This document shows positions 30,701 through 40,913 of a stretch of DNA of 64,000 nt, piece by piece (position 1 is the stretch's first letter; every line of letters starts with the position of its first letter). Under the pieces are notes generated by a model. It saw only the letters and a program-made list of their open reading frames with translations, had not been told where the DNA came from and made no database searches. The position numbers and the translations under genes were made by a program. This DNA comes from Nitrosopumilus sp. (GTDB lineage: Archaea; Thermoproteota; Nitrososphaeria; Nitrososphaerales; Nitrosopumilaceae): assembly GCA_965203315.1 (NCBI GenBank), contig OZ241857.1:1664001-1728000 (forward strand), given 5' to 3'.

Positions 30701-31108
30701 ATGCTCTTAAAACTATCCATTGTTTGTGGACTCGTGGTGGTGTCTATAGTTATTGGCGGTACTGTATTCATGCCAGTATCTGAGAGTACTGAAGAACTTG
30801 AATCTATAAGAGTTGATGTGGTGATGCCAACAAAAGTATCTAGACCTGGCTGTGAGATTACAGATGAATGTTATGTTCCGTCTAGTCTAGCTGTACAATC
30901 TGGCGATTCTGTTACTTGGATTAACGATGACTCTGCCTTTCACAGTGTTACCTCTGGTACATACGATACTCCATTAGAGTTGTTTGATAGTGGATATATG
31001 GATCCCTTTGAGACCTTTTCGTATACGTTTGATGATCCTGGTACATACGAGTACTATTGTACACTCCACCCGTGGATGGAAGGAGAGATCATTGTTCGGG
31101 AGAGGTGA
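30701..31108 (+). CDS. Membrane-anchored blue copper (plastocyanin/cupredoxin) protein
   Basis: N-terminal TM; W.N.DSAFHSVT and YYCTLHPWMEG type-1 copper ligands. Confidence 0.93.
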   Translation: MLLKLSIVCGLVVVSIVIGGTVFMPVSESTEELESIRVDVVMPTKVSRPGCEITDECYVPSSLAVQSGDSVTWINDDSAFHSVTSGTYDTPLELFDSGYMDPFETFSYTFDDPGTYEYYCTLHPWMEGEIIVRER

Positions 31109-31174
31109 GGGAGGGAGTCGAACCCCCTTGTATAGGCTTTGCAGGCCCACGCATAACCGTTCTGCCACCGCACC
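31103..31174 (-). tRNA. tRNA-Cys(GCA)
   Basis: Reverse complement GGTGCGGTGGCAGAACGGTTATGCGTGGGCCTGCAAAGCCTATACAAGGGGGTTCGACTCCCTCCCTCACCT; U73. Confidence 0.93.
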
Positions 31175-31273
31175 GTTTTATGAAACAGAGATTGAATAAT
31201 TTAAGCTCTTGTCATGATCTAGCCCTTTCAGTCCCTGATGGCGCATGTCACATACTATCAAAGTTCCAACGAA

Positions 31274-31495
31274 TCAAAATTTACCCAAGTGTTTTGATGC
31301 TAGTCTTATGTCTTCGGCTTTTATGGTTCTTCGACGTGCATGTGATGCCATCTCTACTGCGTCTTTAGCAATACTAACAGCTATCTCTTCAACTACTCGG
31401 CGCAACTCTTCTGCTGACTCGTCGCTTATCCTCCCCGCTCCTGACTTTTTTAGAATTCGATACATGGCAGATAGCCCCAATTCTGACGTCTTCAT
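31274..31495 (-). CDS. Archaeal histone (HMf family)
   Basis: RILKKSGAGRISDESA and HARRRTIKAEDI histone-fold motifs. Confidence 0.93.
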   Translation of the reverse strand: MKTSELGLSAMYRILKKSGAGRISDESAEELRRVVEEIAVSIAKDAVEMASHARRRTIKAEDIRLASKHLGKF

Positions 31496-31588
31496 GTATT
31501 ATAAATCACATATTTGAAAAAATACAACTATGTTAAAAAAATATCACTAAAAAATCGATTTATACAGACCTTTTTGATCACTTGTTGC

Positions 31589-32347
31589 ATGACTTTCTAT
31601 ATAGACTCTCATATCCATCTATCTGATCCAGTCTATCAGAATGGTACGTCCTTCATCTTGCAACAGATGAGTGTGTTGGGTATAAAGGCTTGTTGCGTAT
31701 CCGTGAATTCAAGTACCTCACTAGACACATTAGAACTCGATAAGACTACAGATGTGATCTTTCCTTTTGTTGGAATTCATCCAGAATTCACTGATGATGA
31801 TCTTGAAGCATTTGTATCTCTTGTAGAGGACAATCATAAACAGATATCTGGGATTGGAGAGATTGGTCTCGATCCAGTCTTTAGTGATGATGACTATGCT
31901 ACACAGATCAAAGTATTTGAGACACAACTAGATTTGGCTGAAAAATTTCACAAGCCGGTATCTATTCATTCTAGAAAGAGTCTGGAAGAGATCTTTTCTA
32001 TAATGACTTCCTATGATACTAGTCATGCAGTGTTACATTGGTTTGATAGCAGTAAGAAGAATCTTACACGTGCCATTGACATGGGTTTTTTTATATCGTT
32101 TAGTCCGGTACTACTCTATGCTAACGATAAGCAAGTTCTCCTTTCACACGCAGATCAATCCAAGGTTCTTGTAGAGACAGACGGCCCTGTAAGATTTTCA
32201 CACTGTTTCGAGATGAAGATGGCACAACCAATCTTTATCCCAAGCTTGATCTTTTGCGCATCTAAAATAATGGATATGTCTTTTGATGATATGGCATTAA
32301 CCCTAGAAAGTAATTTTAGATCATTTTTAAATATAGATCATATGTGA
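31589..32347 (+). CDS. TatD-family hydrolase
   Basis: IDSHIH, GIHP, GEIGLD, IHSR and ETDGP motifs; ATG at 31589. Confidence 0.93.
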   Translation: MTFYIDSHIHLSDPVYQNGTSFILQQMSVLGIKACCVSVNSSTSLDTLELDKTTDVIFPFVGIHPEFTDDDLEAFVSLVEDNHKQISGIGEIGLDPVFSDDDYATQIKVFETQLDLAEKFHKPVSIHSRKSLEEIFSIMTSYDTSHAVLHWFDSSKKNLTRAIDMGFFISFSPVLLYANDKQVLLSHADQSKVLVETDGPVRFSHCFEMKMAQPIFIPSLIFCASKIMDMSFDDMALTLESNFRSFLNIDHM

Positions 32348-32820
32348 TGGACATATTGATAGTTTGATCGCGTTCTAAAGTATTATCCATTTATGATATT
32401 TTCTATGACGATCAAAGATTCCTTTATCTAAATATGTATTGAGATCAGTAGAGACTTGATTGATTCTTAATATTAAAAAATTAAATGTCATCACACTATG
32501 TCCATAGCCAATTCGTGTAATTAGTGACTAATATCGTGGTCACTCTAAATGAGTTCAAATATGGAGTGTGTGTTGATCAACTGTTTGCTACTCATATGCT
32601 AGAAATTATGCATATTGTGAAACACTCAAAATAATTCAGAATCACTGATCTAGTTACACGTCTAGTGTGTTACAAAATTAGTAGTCAATGCATGAGTTGT
32701 AGGCTAGTTTGTGATATGTCATGGCGTAGAACAAATCTTGGATTGTGTGGATAGATTTTGCCGATGTGCTGTCTCGATTTATTCTATAGATATAAAATAC
32801 CCTCAGTTGTCATCAAAAGA

Positions 32821-33348
32821 GTGAACAGAATAAAGAGTCTCTCAGATAAGGTACTTGAGGAACACAAGTCCAAGTTTGGTGCCAATTTTACTGACAACAA
32901 AAAAGCGTTGAATGAGATCACTACTATACGCTCTAAAAGTTTAAAGAATCAAATCGCAGGTTATATTACTAGATTTACCAAGAAAGAGATTCGTGACATA
33001 AAGTCTAAACAAGCTCGATTTATCGCAGAGTCTAAAAAATCGATCAAGCCAGAACGTCCATCTGAGCCTAAATTTCAATCCGACGTTGGTGATATCATCA
33101 AACCCGCCGAGTCTACTACCAAACCAACCGAGACCACAGAACCCACAGCTACCAAACCCGCCGAGTCTACTACCAAACCAACCGAGACCACAGAACCCAC
33201 AGCTACCAAACCAACCGAGACCACAGAACCCACAGCTACCAAACCAACCGAGACCACAGAACCCACAGCTACCAAACCCGCCGAGTCTACTACCAAACCA
33301 ACCGAGACCACAGAACATTCACAAACAGCTTCTTCTGCACATACTTAG
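32821..33348 (+). CDS. rps17e: 30S ribosomal protein S17e with repetitive C-terminal tail
   Basis: NF.DNKK.L..I..IRSK.LKNQIAGYIT; GTG at 32821. Confidence 0.9.
   Translation: MNRIKSLSDKVLEEHKSKFGANFTDNKKALNEITTIRSKSLKNQIAGYITRFTKKEIRDIKSKQARFIAESKKSIKPERPSEPKFQSDVGDIIKPAESTTKPTETTEPTATKPAESTTKPTETTEPTATKPTETTEPTATKPTETTEPTATKPAESTTKPTETTEHSQTASSAHT
33100..33316. repeat. Composite coding tandem repeat (21-bp and 33-bp units) in rps17e
   Basis: Units encode KPAESTT and KPTETTEPTAT with identical DNA between copies. Confidence 0.92.
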
Positions 33349-33383
33349 TACATTATAATTTGTCTATTTTCTTTAAACAGTGA

Positions 33384-34157
33384 ATGGTTACGATAAAATT
33401 TATTGGTGGCGCAAAAAAATCATTTGATCAAACTCAGTTGAGTATAGACGAATTTGTAGTAGATATCAGAGATCTATTAACAACTCTTAACAAACTCAAA
33501 TTGGATGACACTCCTTACATAGATACAACAAACTATCTGATTGCCGTCAACGGTATTGACTCATCAGCAATTAGTGGCATTGATACCCAACTGAAACAAG
33601 ATGACATTATCAGCATAATCCCCATAATTCATGGTGGCGATTCCAAAAAACTTCAATTCAAGTTGTTGGGAAGAACTATTCAGCTTGTTGAGGTTAGAGG
33701 TGACCGCAAGTTTACTGTAGATTTCTTTGATGATCTAAGAAGGCGATACCCAAAACTAAGACTTCAAGCAATATCCAGCACCTATATTCTAAATCTCTCT
33801 CATCTGAGAAAGATTCTAAATCTCTCTTTTATACACGAACGGAGAGATACGCTTCTTGCCAAGAGATTGGAGACTGATGTTTTACTACGTTTTGCAATAA
33901 CAACTCAGATATCTGAGGCGATCAAAACTGTTGGCATCAAACCAAACAAAGACTTCTTTATCATTGGAATTGGACCTAAATCACTGTTAGATTCATTGTA
34001 TGTTGAACTATTGCCTAATCTGACAACTCCATTAACAAAGGACAACACTAGCACTCTAAAGAAGAACTTTGGTATCTCAAAGAGATATATCGATACAATC
34101 GATACGGATACTCCTCTTGAAGACATTCTAGCAGAGAAGGCAGCTGTTCTATTCTGA
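33384..34157 (+). CDS. Ubiquitin-like (ThiS/MoaD) domain fused to KEOPS subunit Cgi121
   Basis: LIAVNG...IIPIIHGG beta-grasp end, then ETDVLLRFA.T.QISEAI..VG Cgi121 pattern. Confidence 0.88.
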   Translation: MVTIKFIGGAKKSFDQTQLSIDEFVVDIRDLLTTLNKLKLDDTPYIDTTNYLIAVNGIDSSAISGIDTQLKQDDIISIIPIIHGGDSKKLQFKLLGRTIQLVEVRGDRKFTVDFFDDLRRRYPKLRLQAISSTYILNLSHLRKILNLSFIHERRDTLLAKRLETDVLLRFAITTQISEAIKTVGIKPNKDFFIIGIGPKSLLDSLYVELLPNLTTPLTKDNTSTLKKNFGISKRYIDTIDTDTPLEDILAEKAAVLF

Positions 34158-34670
34158 CATATTGATCTTTGTCTTTGTAATGCTTAGTATGTCGGCAGGT
34201 CTTAAAATTGATACGCCCGTCTGTTTACCGAGTATCTCGACAAGAATAATCTTGTCCGGTAGTTCTAACGATACTTTGTTCTTTACATCGCTAGCAATCT
34301 TTGTGATCAGATCTCTACTCGACATATCGGAATTCCGTTTTTCAACAGTTATTCTATATGTTTCAGATTCACAAATATTTCCTGACAAAGACGATGCTGC
34401 TGCTACTATCTCTTGTATTGTGCTGGTCACTAGCTTTTGTACAGGAATGATTCGTAGACAGTATCGTACGCTCCACGGCTCTTCGATCAACCTTGATCTG
34501 ATCTCTTGAACCACATATATTGGATCTATACTTGTATCTACAGTTATTATTCCCGACATTTCTGTTTGTGTTGTAGTACATGAATGATCGCCCATATCTG
34601 ATAAAAAACTCTCTATCTCTTCACAAGCCTCTATCTCTAGATGTCTAGCACATGTAACTATAAGATTCAT
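34149..34670 (-). CDS. THUMP-domain RNA-binding protein
   Basis: TYRITVEKR and VSLELPDKIILVEI motifs. Confidence 0.88.
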   Translation of the reverse strand: MNLIVTCARHLEIEACEEIESFLSDMGDHSCTTTQTEMSGIITVDTSIDPIYVVQEIRSRLIEEPWSVRYCLRIIPVQKLVTSTIQEIVAAASSLSGNICESETYRITVEKRNSDMSSRDLITKIASDVKNKVSLELPDKIILVEILGKQTGVSILRPADILSITKTKINMSE

Positions 34671-35263
34671 CTGTCTGACACCTCGTCTCTACTGATTGCG
34701 CCCTCTCGTACAATCTTTACTGCTCCCGCATCTATCTCTATGATCGTCGACTCTTTACCACCTCCCGTTATGCCTCCATCTACAAATACATCACATCTTT
34801 TAGCAATGGAACATAGATTAGGATCAGTGACGGATTTACTGCCTGATAGATTTGCACTTGTTCCTACAAGAGATTTACATCCTGCTAATATCTCAAGTAT
34901 GCATCTATTATTTGGAACTCGTAGTGCAATCTTGTCTTCAAGTTTTAACGATCTCTTTATCTCTTGATCTTTAACCTCTAGTATTATGGTCAAGGCACCA
35001 GGCCAAAACTTTTCGGCCAACTTTAAGGCAGTCTTGTCAAAGTATCCTATCTCTTGAGCAACTTGAATAGAATGAACTAGGATTGGAAATGGTTTTTTCA
35101 TGTCTCGTGATTTTATATCATATATCTTGGCTACTGATTTACTAACATATGGGCTACATCCTATCCCATATATGGTGTCGGTTGGAAATATTACAATACC
35201 GCCATGCTTGATCGTCTCAACTGCACTCTTTACTCCCAGAGCATCGCATCTAACTTTTAACAC
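34667..35263 (-). CDS. sua5: L-threonylcarbamoyladenylate synthase (Sua5/TsaC)
   Basis: FPTDTIYGI, K.R...KP, FWPGALT and TSANLSG motifs. Confidence 0.93.
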   Translation of the reverse strand: MLKVRCDALGVKSAVETIKHGGIVIFPTDTIYGIGCSPYVSKSVAKIYDIKSRDMKKPFPILVHSIQVAQEIGYFDKTALKLAEKFWPGALTIILEVKDQEIKRSLKLEDKIALRVPNNRCILEILAGCKSLVGTSANLSGSKSVTDPNLCSIAKRCDVFVDGGITGGGKESTIIEIDAGAVKIVREGAISRDEVSDR

Positions 35264-35387
35264 ATATTCGTTATGCTGTCTGGTTAATTATCACTTTTGT
35301 TGCGTATTTGGAATGATCACTTGTATGCGCAATACATGGTGTTTATGTACAACTAGATCTAATTTGAGAAGATGAATATTATGAGAT

Positions 35388-35675
35388 CTAGATGTTTAAT
35401 CCAAAATCTTCAGCAAATTTGGTAAAGTTGTGATATTCTTGAAGAAACTCTCTTCCAGAACTACTAATCTTATACTTGTTTGATCCATATGATGTATCTT
35501 GCTCCAAGAGACCCTGTTCTACCAAAGTCTTTAGTATCCTCGATATTCTCGAATGAGATATGTTTGCCTTTCGAATGAGATATGTTACAGAGGTTCCATC
35601 TTCATCCTGCTGATCGTCACGTGTAGTTGACAGTATGTCCCCAATGATCTTTATGTGTGTCCTGTACTCGGCCAT
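35388..35675 (-). CDS. Winged-helix DNA-binding protein
   Basis: YRT...IIGDIL, KANISH.R, L...GLL and Y.IS..GREFL pattern. Confidence 0.85.
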   Translation of the reverse strand: MAEYRTHIKIIGDILSTTRDDQQDEDGTSVTYLIRKANISHSRISRILKTLVEQGLLEQDTSYGSNKYKISSSGREFLQEYHNFTKFAEDFGLNI

Positions 35676-35782
35676 CTCTATCTGCTCCTTACAATCTATG
35701 TATGATATTGTGATGGTATCTTGAAATACACAAAAAAGATAAAAGAAATTGACTTAATGTCTAGGTTCCCCAAGATTTGTGC

Positions 35783-36433
35783 CTAATCTTGTTTATCAAA
35801 GTCTTCATCGAACTTTATCTTCATCAAAGGTACTCGACTGACCGGAATAAACAACAGTATCAGACCTATGATCTTGATCATGATCGACACGCTATCTAGG
35901 ACAAGTTCGGGGAAGACAAAAGCATACCATCCCAAGAACTCGCCTAGCGCCAAAAGCCCCAATCCGGCGGCGACTAGGATCGCACCTTTGTTCCTATTAT
36001 CTATATGTGATAACAACGTCTCGATCGCCCCATACGCAAGTAGGATAAACGAGATCGATCTAAAGAGATGCTCCAATTGAATCGTTGATACCACGAACAG
36101 CGGTAAAATCACTATCGATCTAAAGTATGATGTCTTTGGAAAGAATGACTTTATGCTATGTGAGAATGCAATGAAAAAATATCCGATGGTCTGAATCGCG
36201 ATCCCAAGAGTCTGAACCCATCGTTCTATGTCTCCTGATTTTATTATGAGCTCATCTACCAAATAGCCCATCCATATCACAAAGAATCCACTACTTATTG
36301 AAAAGAACGCTATAGATAATCGAAAGAGCGTTGGACTACCTGTATTTCTAAAACCGATGAGCGACATCGTTCCTATACTCAAACCTACCAAAAATCCAAT
36401 TAGATTTAGAATACTCTCTAGTATGATCTCCAA
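35783..36433 (-). CDS. Multi-pass membrane protein
   Basis: About seven hydrophobic segments. Confidence 0.8.
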   Translation of the reverse strand: MEIILESILNLIGFLVGLSIGTMSLIGFRNTGSPTLFRLSIAFFSISSGFFVIWMGYLVDELIIKSGDIERWVQTLGIAIQTIGYFFIAFSHSIKSFFPKTSYFRSIVILPLFVVSTIQLEHLFRSISFILLAYGAIETLLSHIDNRNKGAILVAAGLGLLALGEFLGWYAFVFPELVLDSVSIMIKIIGLILLFIPVSRVPLMKIKFDEDFDKQD

Positions 36434-36478
36434 CTATCTAATCAAGATGCATTCTACTAGTTATTTTTATCTAATGTA

Positions 36479-36688
36479 TTATTCCCATTCGTCGAGTGAT
36501 CCGGTCTGTTGACTCTTTGTGTCTCCTGTATAATCTCCCAATATGTCCGAGTAGACAGGTTCGTTATGTGCAACAAATTTTACATACTCTCCATAACTCA
36601 TCTCTAGATCACACGAGTCACACTTGACCAGTGAAAAGTCCATAGTCAATTCAGCACTACTCTTACATTGAGGACACTTTATCTTCAA
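36479..36688 (-). CDS. Small zinc-ribbon protein
   Basis: CPQC..CDSC; TTG at 36688 is the likely start. Confidence 0.7.
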   Translation of the reverse strand: MKIKCPQCKSSAELTMDFSLVKCDSCDLEMSYGEYVKFVAHNEPVYSDILGDYTGDTKSQQTGSLDEWE

Positions 36689-36736
36689 TGTATTGTAGTT
36701 GTAGATGTTCTCTATTATTGGTTTGTGATACAAGAT

Positions 36737-36851
36737 GGATCTTTTCGATTTGCGTGAGATGAATGATTACAGAAAAAGCACACAAGATTCTATAAGGGAA
36801 AATTAGAAAAAAGCCTTGCGAAATGTCATCCCACATAAGCCGAAAAGATCC
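36737..36851 (+). mobile_element. 115-bp MITE with intact TIRs and 8-bp target-site duplication
   Basis: TIRs GGATCTTTTCG / CGAAAAGATCC; TACAAGAT directly repeated at 36729-36736 and 36852-36859. Confidence 0.93.
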
Positions 36852-37235
36852 TACAAGATATCTAACAATTTGAGATGTTACGTACCGAATACACTACACC
36901 ATGTTCTAACATTCAGTACCACGTGCAGAATTGTAGCCACTACAAACGAAACATGACTAACGCACTGGAATTGTTATGATTGTGTAGATACCATGTAATG
37001 TTCAAATCTACACGGAAGACTCTTCTCGGATCAATGCTGGGTTTGGATATCGTCTGGTTTGGTTTGTTCTTGTGTGGTGTCTATGTCTCTTGAACTCAAC
37101 GATCTTGTATGTTTACCATCAAGATCGTATCTAGTTGAAATAGATTGGAAGGATCAACAGTAGACTAGATGCATATGGACTCGGCGTTACAATCTTGTCA
37201 ACAAATAAAAGGCTACTCTGTTGAGCCATTTTAGA

Positions 37236-37523
37236 ATGAGTCGTTTGTGCACAAAGTGCAAAGATCAGATCCCTGACGAAACCCAACTAGATGTAGTTGC
37301 TCAAAAATACCCTGTATGTAACAAATGCTGGGAAGAGTGGAAAGAGTACCGTGTAATGGTGATCAACGAGATGCGCCTTGATATGTCTATGGCAGATCAC
37401 CGAAAACTACTCAAAAAACACGAAAAGATATTTGCTGGCGTGATGTCTCCTGATGGTCAAGTGATCGATTATACCAATGAAGACAATCGGAACCCTGATG
37501 AGCCCAAACCTTTAGAGTCCTAG
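37236..37523 (+). CDS. Fe(2+)-trafficking/YggX-like protein
   Basis: C.KCW.EW.....M.INE.RL pattern of the YggX family. Confidence 0.75.
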   Translation: MSRLCTKCKDQIPDETQLDVVAQKYPVCNKCWEEWKEYRVMVINEMRLDMSMADHRKLLKKHEKIFAGVMSPDGQVIDYTNEDNRNPDEPKPLES

Positions 37524-37973
37524 CATTCTCTTTGCGTTATCTGGAATGATCATCATCAATACTCGTATCTTACTATCATCTAATTCATCTATTATCTCTC
37601 TAACTGTATGTGCTAGTACATTCTGTTCTTCTTCTCTCAGATTTAGATAGATCTCTAAAATTCCATCTAGATTGAACTCGATCAACTTTTGTGGGTTTAG
37701 TGTAGCTACCGATATGTACGCAGAAAAGATCTCATGCCGTTGCTCTTCTGTAAATGTAGCTAGTATCTCGAGCCATGTACTAAACAGTTTGGCAAAGTTT
37801 GGAAAAGGAATGGTTGGTCCTGCATCGAATGCGTTGTATATTATCTCACTCTGTTCTGTTGGCGGTAATCCAAAGAACTCGATCATGCGTTTCTTTAGAA
37901 TTGGTCTTCTCAAAAAGTCTGGTAGGCTTGCTAGATTTACAATAATATTTCCCGCAAAGTTCTCATGTGACAT
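37512..37973 (-). CDS. Hypothetical protein
   Basis: 153-aa helical ORF. Confidence 0.75.
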   Translation of the reverse strand: MSHENFAGNIIVNLASLPDFLRRPILKKRMIEFFGLPPTEQSEIIYNAFDAGPTIPFPNFAKLFSTWLEILATFTEEQRHEIFSAYISVATLNPQKLIEFNLDGILEIYLNLREEEQNVLAHTVREIIDELDDSKIRVLMMIIPDNAKRMLGL

Positions 37974-38038
37974 ATTTTAGATATTTGTTCTTGAGTATAA
38001 AATCATAGCAATTATTGGCTGTAATTATGATCAGTGTA

Positions 38039-39223
38039 TCAGTCAATCAGATTCTTGTTCTCTTCAGTTGTAATCCTTTGTTCCAATCTATCTTCTAGTG
38101 GAATCTCTACAAGGTCTCCCATCCTTAGATTCTTCAAACCGGCTGCAACTGCTTTTGCTCCTTCCTGATCATTATCTAAACCTAATAATGACATCAGATA
38201 TGCTGCTCCTGTCTTGCCTGCAAGCTCACCAAACACTATTCTTCTTCTATTTCCTACAGTTCGTGGAGGTATGGGCTCATACGCTGCAGGATTTCGAAGT
38301 ATTGCTGCCAAGTGTGTTCCTGCCTTGTGCTTGTACGCCGATGCTCCAACTATTGGTTTAGAATCATACGGTGCTATTGATGTATAACTCTCTATAAGTC
38401 TAGAGAGATCTAGTAACATATCTAATCTAAAGTCATTTGGTGATTTGTAGAGATATGTGAGTGCGACAGATACTTCAGCCAGCGAAGGTATTCCTGTTCT
38501 CTCTCCGATGCCATCAATAGTGGTATGAATCTGATCGACTCCTGCATCACATGCTGCAAATGCATTTGCAAGTGCAAATCCGATATCATTATGAACATGA
38601 GCGTCTAGTGGTACATTAATTGCATCTCTCACTCGTCTTACAAAGTTGTACATACCAATCGGTCTCATTATTCCAACTGTATCTGGAAGACTGATTCGAT
38701 CAACTCCTGCTGACTCTATCTCGCGGCATATCTCTAGAAGAAATTCTGGTTCTGCTCTACTTCCATCCTCTACCGTAAATCTGATCTTTAAGCCATGAGA
38801 TTTGGCATACTCGACTGTCTCTACTGCACGTCTTAATGCCTCTTGTTTTGTTATGCGTAATTTATCTTTTAGATGAATATCTGATACTCCTAGATATGCT
38901 GCACACCACTGTGCATCACAATCTAGTGATACATCGATATCTTGTTTCAACGCACGTCCGTGCGAGACGATATCTGCTCTTAATCCTTGTTTGATGATGG
39001 TCTTTGTTGCCTTGCGATGATCTTCTGATACGATGGGGGATATCTCGATCTGATCTACTCCGAAATAGTCTAACATCCACGCTATCTGTATACGCTGCTT
39101 GTTTGTAAAAGAGACTCCTGGATGTTGTTCACCCTCGCGTAGAGTGCTGTCTAGCACACTGATCTTCTTTGGGTTCTCTTCGTATGCATTGTACATATCA
39201 GCATAGTAGTTTGGATGTGTCAT
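38039..39223 (-). CDS. Homocitrate synthase / LeuA-family DRE-TIM enzyme
   Basis: DSTLREGEQ, PDTVG, HVHNDIG and GIGERTG; no LeuA regulatory domain; downstream of the LysW operon. Confidence 0.88.
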   Translation of the reverse strand: MTHPNYYADMYNAYEENPKKISVLDSTLREGEQHPGVSFTNKQRIQIAWMLDYFGVDQIEISPIVSEDHRKATKTIIKQGLRADIVSHGRALKQDIDVSLDCDAQWCAAYLGVSDIHLKDKLRITKQEALRRAVETVEYAKSHGLKIRFTVEDGSRAEPEFLLEICREIESAGVDRISLPDTVGIMRPIGMYNFVRRVRDAINVPLDAHVHNDIGFALANAFAACDAGVDQIHTTIDGIGERTGIPSLAEVSVALTYLYKSPNDFRLDMLLDLSRLIESYTSIAPYDSKPIVGASAYKHKAGTHLAAILRNPAAYEPIPPRTVGNRRRIVFGELAGKTGAAYLMSLLGLDNDQEGAKAVAAGLKNLRMGDLVEIPLEDRLEQRITTEENKNLID

Positions 39224-39337
39224 TGACTAAACATTGTTTGATATTGATCTTATAAACATATTCGTACTAGTTTCGTCCAAAAAACACACATTTGATCCGA
39301 AAATAGACAAAAAACACACATTTTGATCCGGTTATCG

Positions 39338-39751
39338 TCACAAGACTTTATTCAAGATTATGACGGTATTTGTATCGATGACTCCTTTGATCTTTCGTAG
39401 CGCATCTATACTAGTGTTTATCTCTGCAACACTTGGAGCACCAACTATGGTCGCAATGTCGTATTGGCCAGTAATCTCGTATACTGTGTTTACTCCATCT
39501 ATCTCTGCAAGTTTTACAGAGACTTGGGAAGTATCGATAGATGAGTCGACCGATATCAATACTATTGCACTGGTGATTCCTTGATCTCCCATCTCGATCG
39601 TAAACTTTTTGATGACTCCTCCATCGACCAAACACTTTACTCTACGCCGTACTGCTCCATCTGAGAGCTTCATCTTTTTTCCAATATCCTTGTATGACTC
39701 TCTGGCATTCTCTTTGAGGTATCCTATTATCTCTTCATCTATGCTAGGCAC
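39338..39751 (-). CDS. lysM: Lrp/AsnC-family regulator
   Basis: AsnC HTH (NARES..DIG..SDGAVRRRV) and YEITGQYD; position in the lys operon. Confidence 0.85.
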   Translation of the reverse strand: MPSIDEEIIGYLKENARESYKDIGKKMKLSDGAVRRRVKCLVDGGVIKKFTIEMGDQGITSAIVLISVDSSIDTSQVSVKLAEIDGVNTVYEITGQYDIATIVGAPSVAEINTSIDALRKIKGVIDTNTVIILNKVL

Positions 39752-40913
39752 GTTTTTTGGCCTCCTCTTCTAATACTTTATCTAGTATATCTAGAACTTT
39801 TGTGATGTCTCTGCGTGATATGAGTAGTGGTGGTAGAATTCGCAGTATGTTTCTACCAGAGTATAACATGAGCACGCCCTGTTTCAAGAGTTCATCTAGT
39901 ATGTTTCGTATATCAAATCTCATCTCAATACCTATCATCAATCCTTTACCGCGAACCTCTCTGATCATTGTATGTTTTGTTTTGAGTCTCTCCAAACCTT
40001 CAATGAATATCTGCCCCATCTCTTTTGCATTATCTATCATTCCTCCCGTTAGTTCATCAAGGACTGCTGATCCAGCTGCACATGATATGGGATTTCCTCC
40101 AAATGTGGACGAGTGCTCTCCCTTGTTCATAGTGGCAAGTATCTCTGGTCTGACTAGTGTCGCGCCCATTGGAATTCCTCCTGCAATTCCTTTTGCAAGG
40201 CACATAATATCTGGTCTAGTGTTCCAATGATCACATGCCCACAAACTTCCTGTTCTGCCTAGACCAGCTTGTATCTCATCAAATATCAACACAATACCTC
40301 GTTCATCACAGAGACGTCTAACATCTGACAAAAAGTTTGGAGGTGCAACATGAATTCCACTCTCTCCTTGAATTGGTTCTAGAATTACCAGTGCAGTGTC
40401 GTCATCTATTGTAGCACGCAATGACTCAATATCTCCAAACGTCGCAAACGCAACTCTCTCAACTAGTGGCTCAAACGGCTTACGATACTTTGGATTAAAT
40501 GTAAGTGATAATGCTCCAAATGACTTGCCATGGTATGATCCCTTCATGGCCACCATTCCCTTCTTTCCAGTAAACTTTCTTGCAAACTTTATTGCTGCCT
40601 CGATTGACTCTGCTCCGCTGTTGTTCAAATGTACCTGAGTCAGGCCTTCTGGCGCAAGACTGGTGAGTTTCTTTAAAAACTCTTCTCGTGTCTTGTTGTA
40701 TAGCGAACTATGAACAGTAATGATCTTGTCGAGTTGTTTACGAATCGCAGTATTTACATTATTGTTCTGGTGCCCAACTAGGGCTACTCCATATCCTCCC
40801 ATACAGTCGATATACTCTCGCCCATCTGTATCCCACACATGTGCTCCTTGTCCTCGTTCAATCGTGACTGGAAATCGTTGATACAGATTTCCCATAAATT
40901 GATCTTCACTCAT
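39744..40913 (-). CDS. lysJ: [LysW]-aminoadipate/glutamate semialdehyde aminotransferase
   Basis: DEIQAGLGRTG, AKGIAGG and STFGGNP; ATG at 40913. Confidence 0.92.
   Translation of the reverse strand: MSEDQFMGNLYQRFPVTIERGQGAHVWDTDGREYIDCMGGYGVALVGHQNNNVNTAIRKQLDKIITVHSSLYNKTREEFLKKLTSLAPEGLTQVHLNNSGAESIEAAIKFARKFTGKKGMVAMKGSYHGKSFGALSLTFNPKYRKPFEPLVERVAFATFGDIESLRATIDDDTALVILEPIQGESGIHVAPPNFLSDVRRLCDERGIVLIFDEIQAGLGRTGSLWACDHWNTRPDIMCLAKGIAGGIPMGATLVRPEILATMNKGEHSSTFGGNPISCAAGSAVLDELTGGMIDNAKEMGQIFIEGLERLKTKHTMIREVRGKGLMIGIEMRFDIRNILDELLKQGVLMLYSGRNILRILPPLLISRRDITKVLDILDKVLEEEAKKRA

Noticed and set aside
32941-33358. Alternative-frame repetitive ORFs over rps17e
   Set aside because: Products of the coding tandem repeat in other frames.
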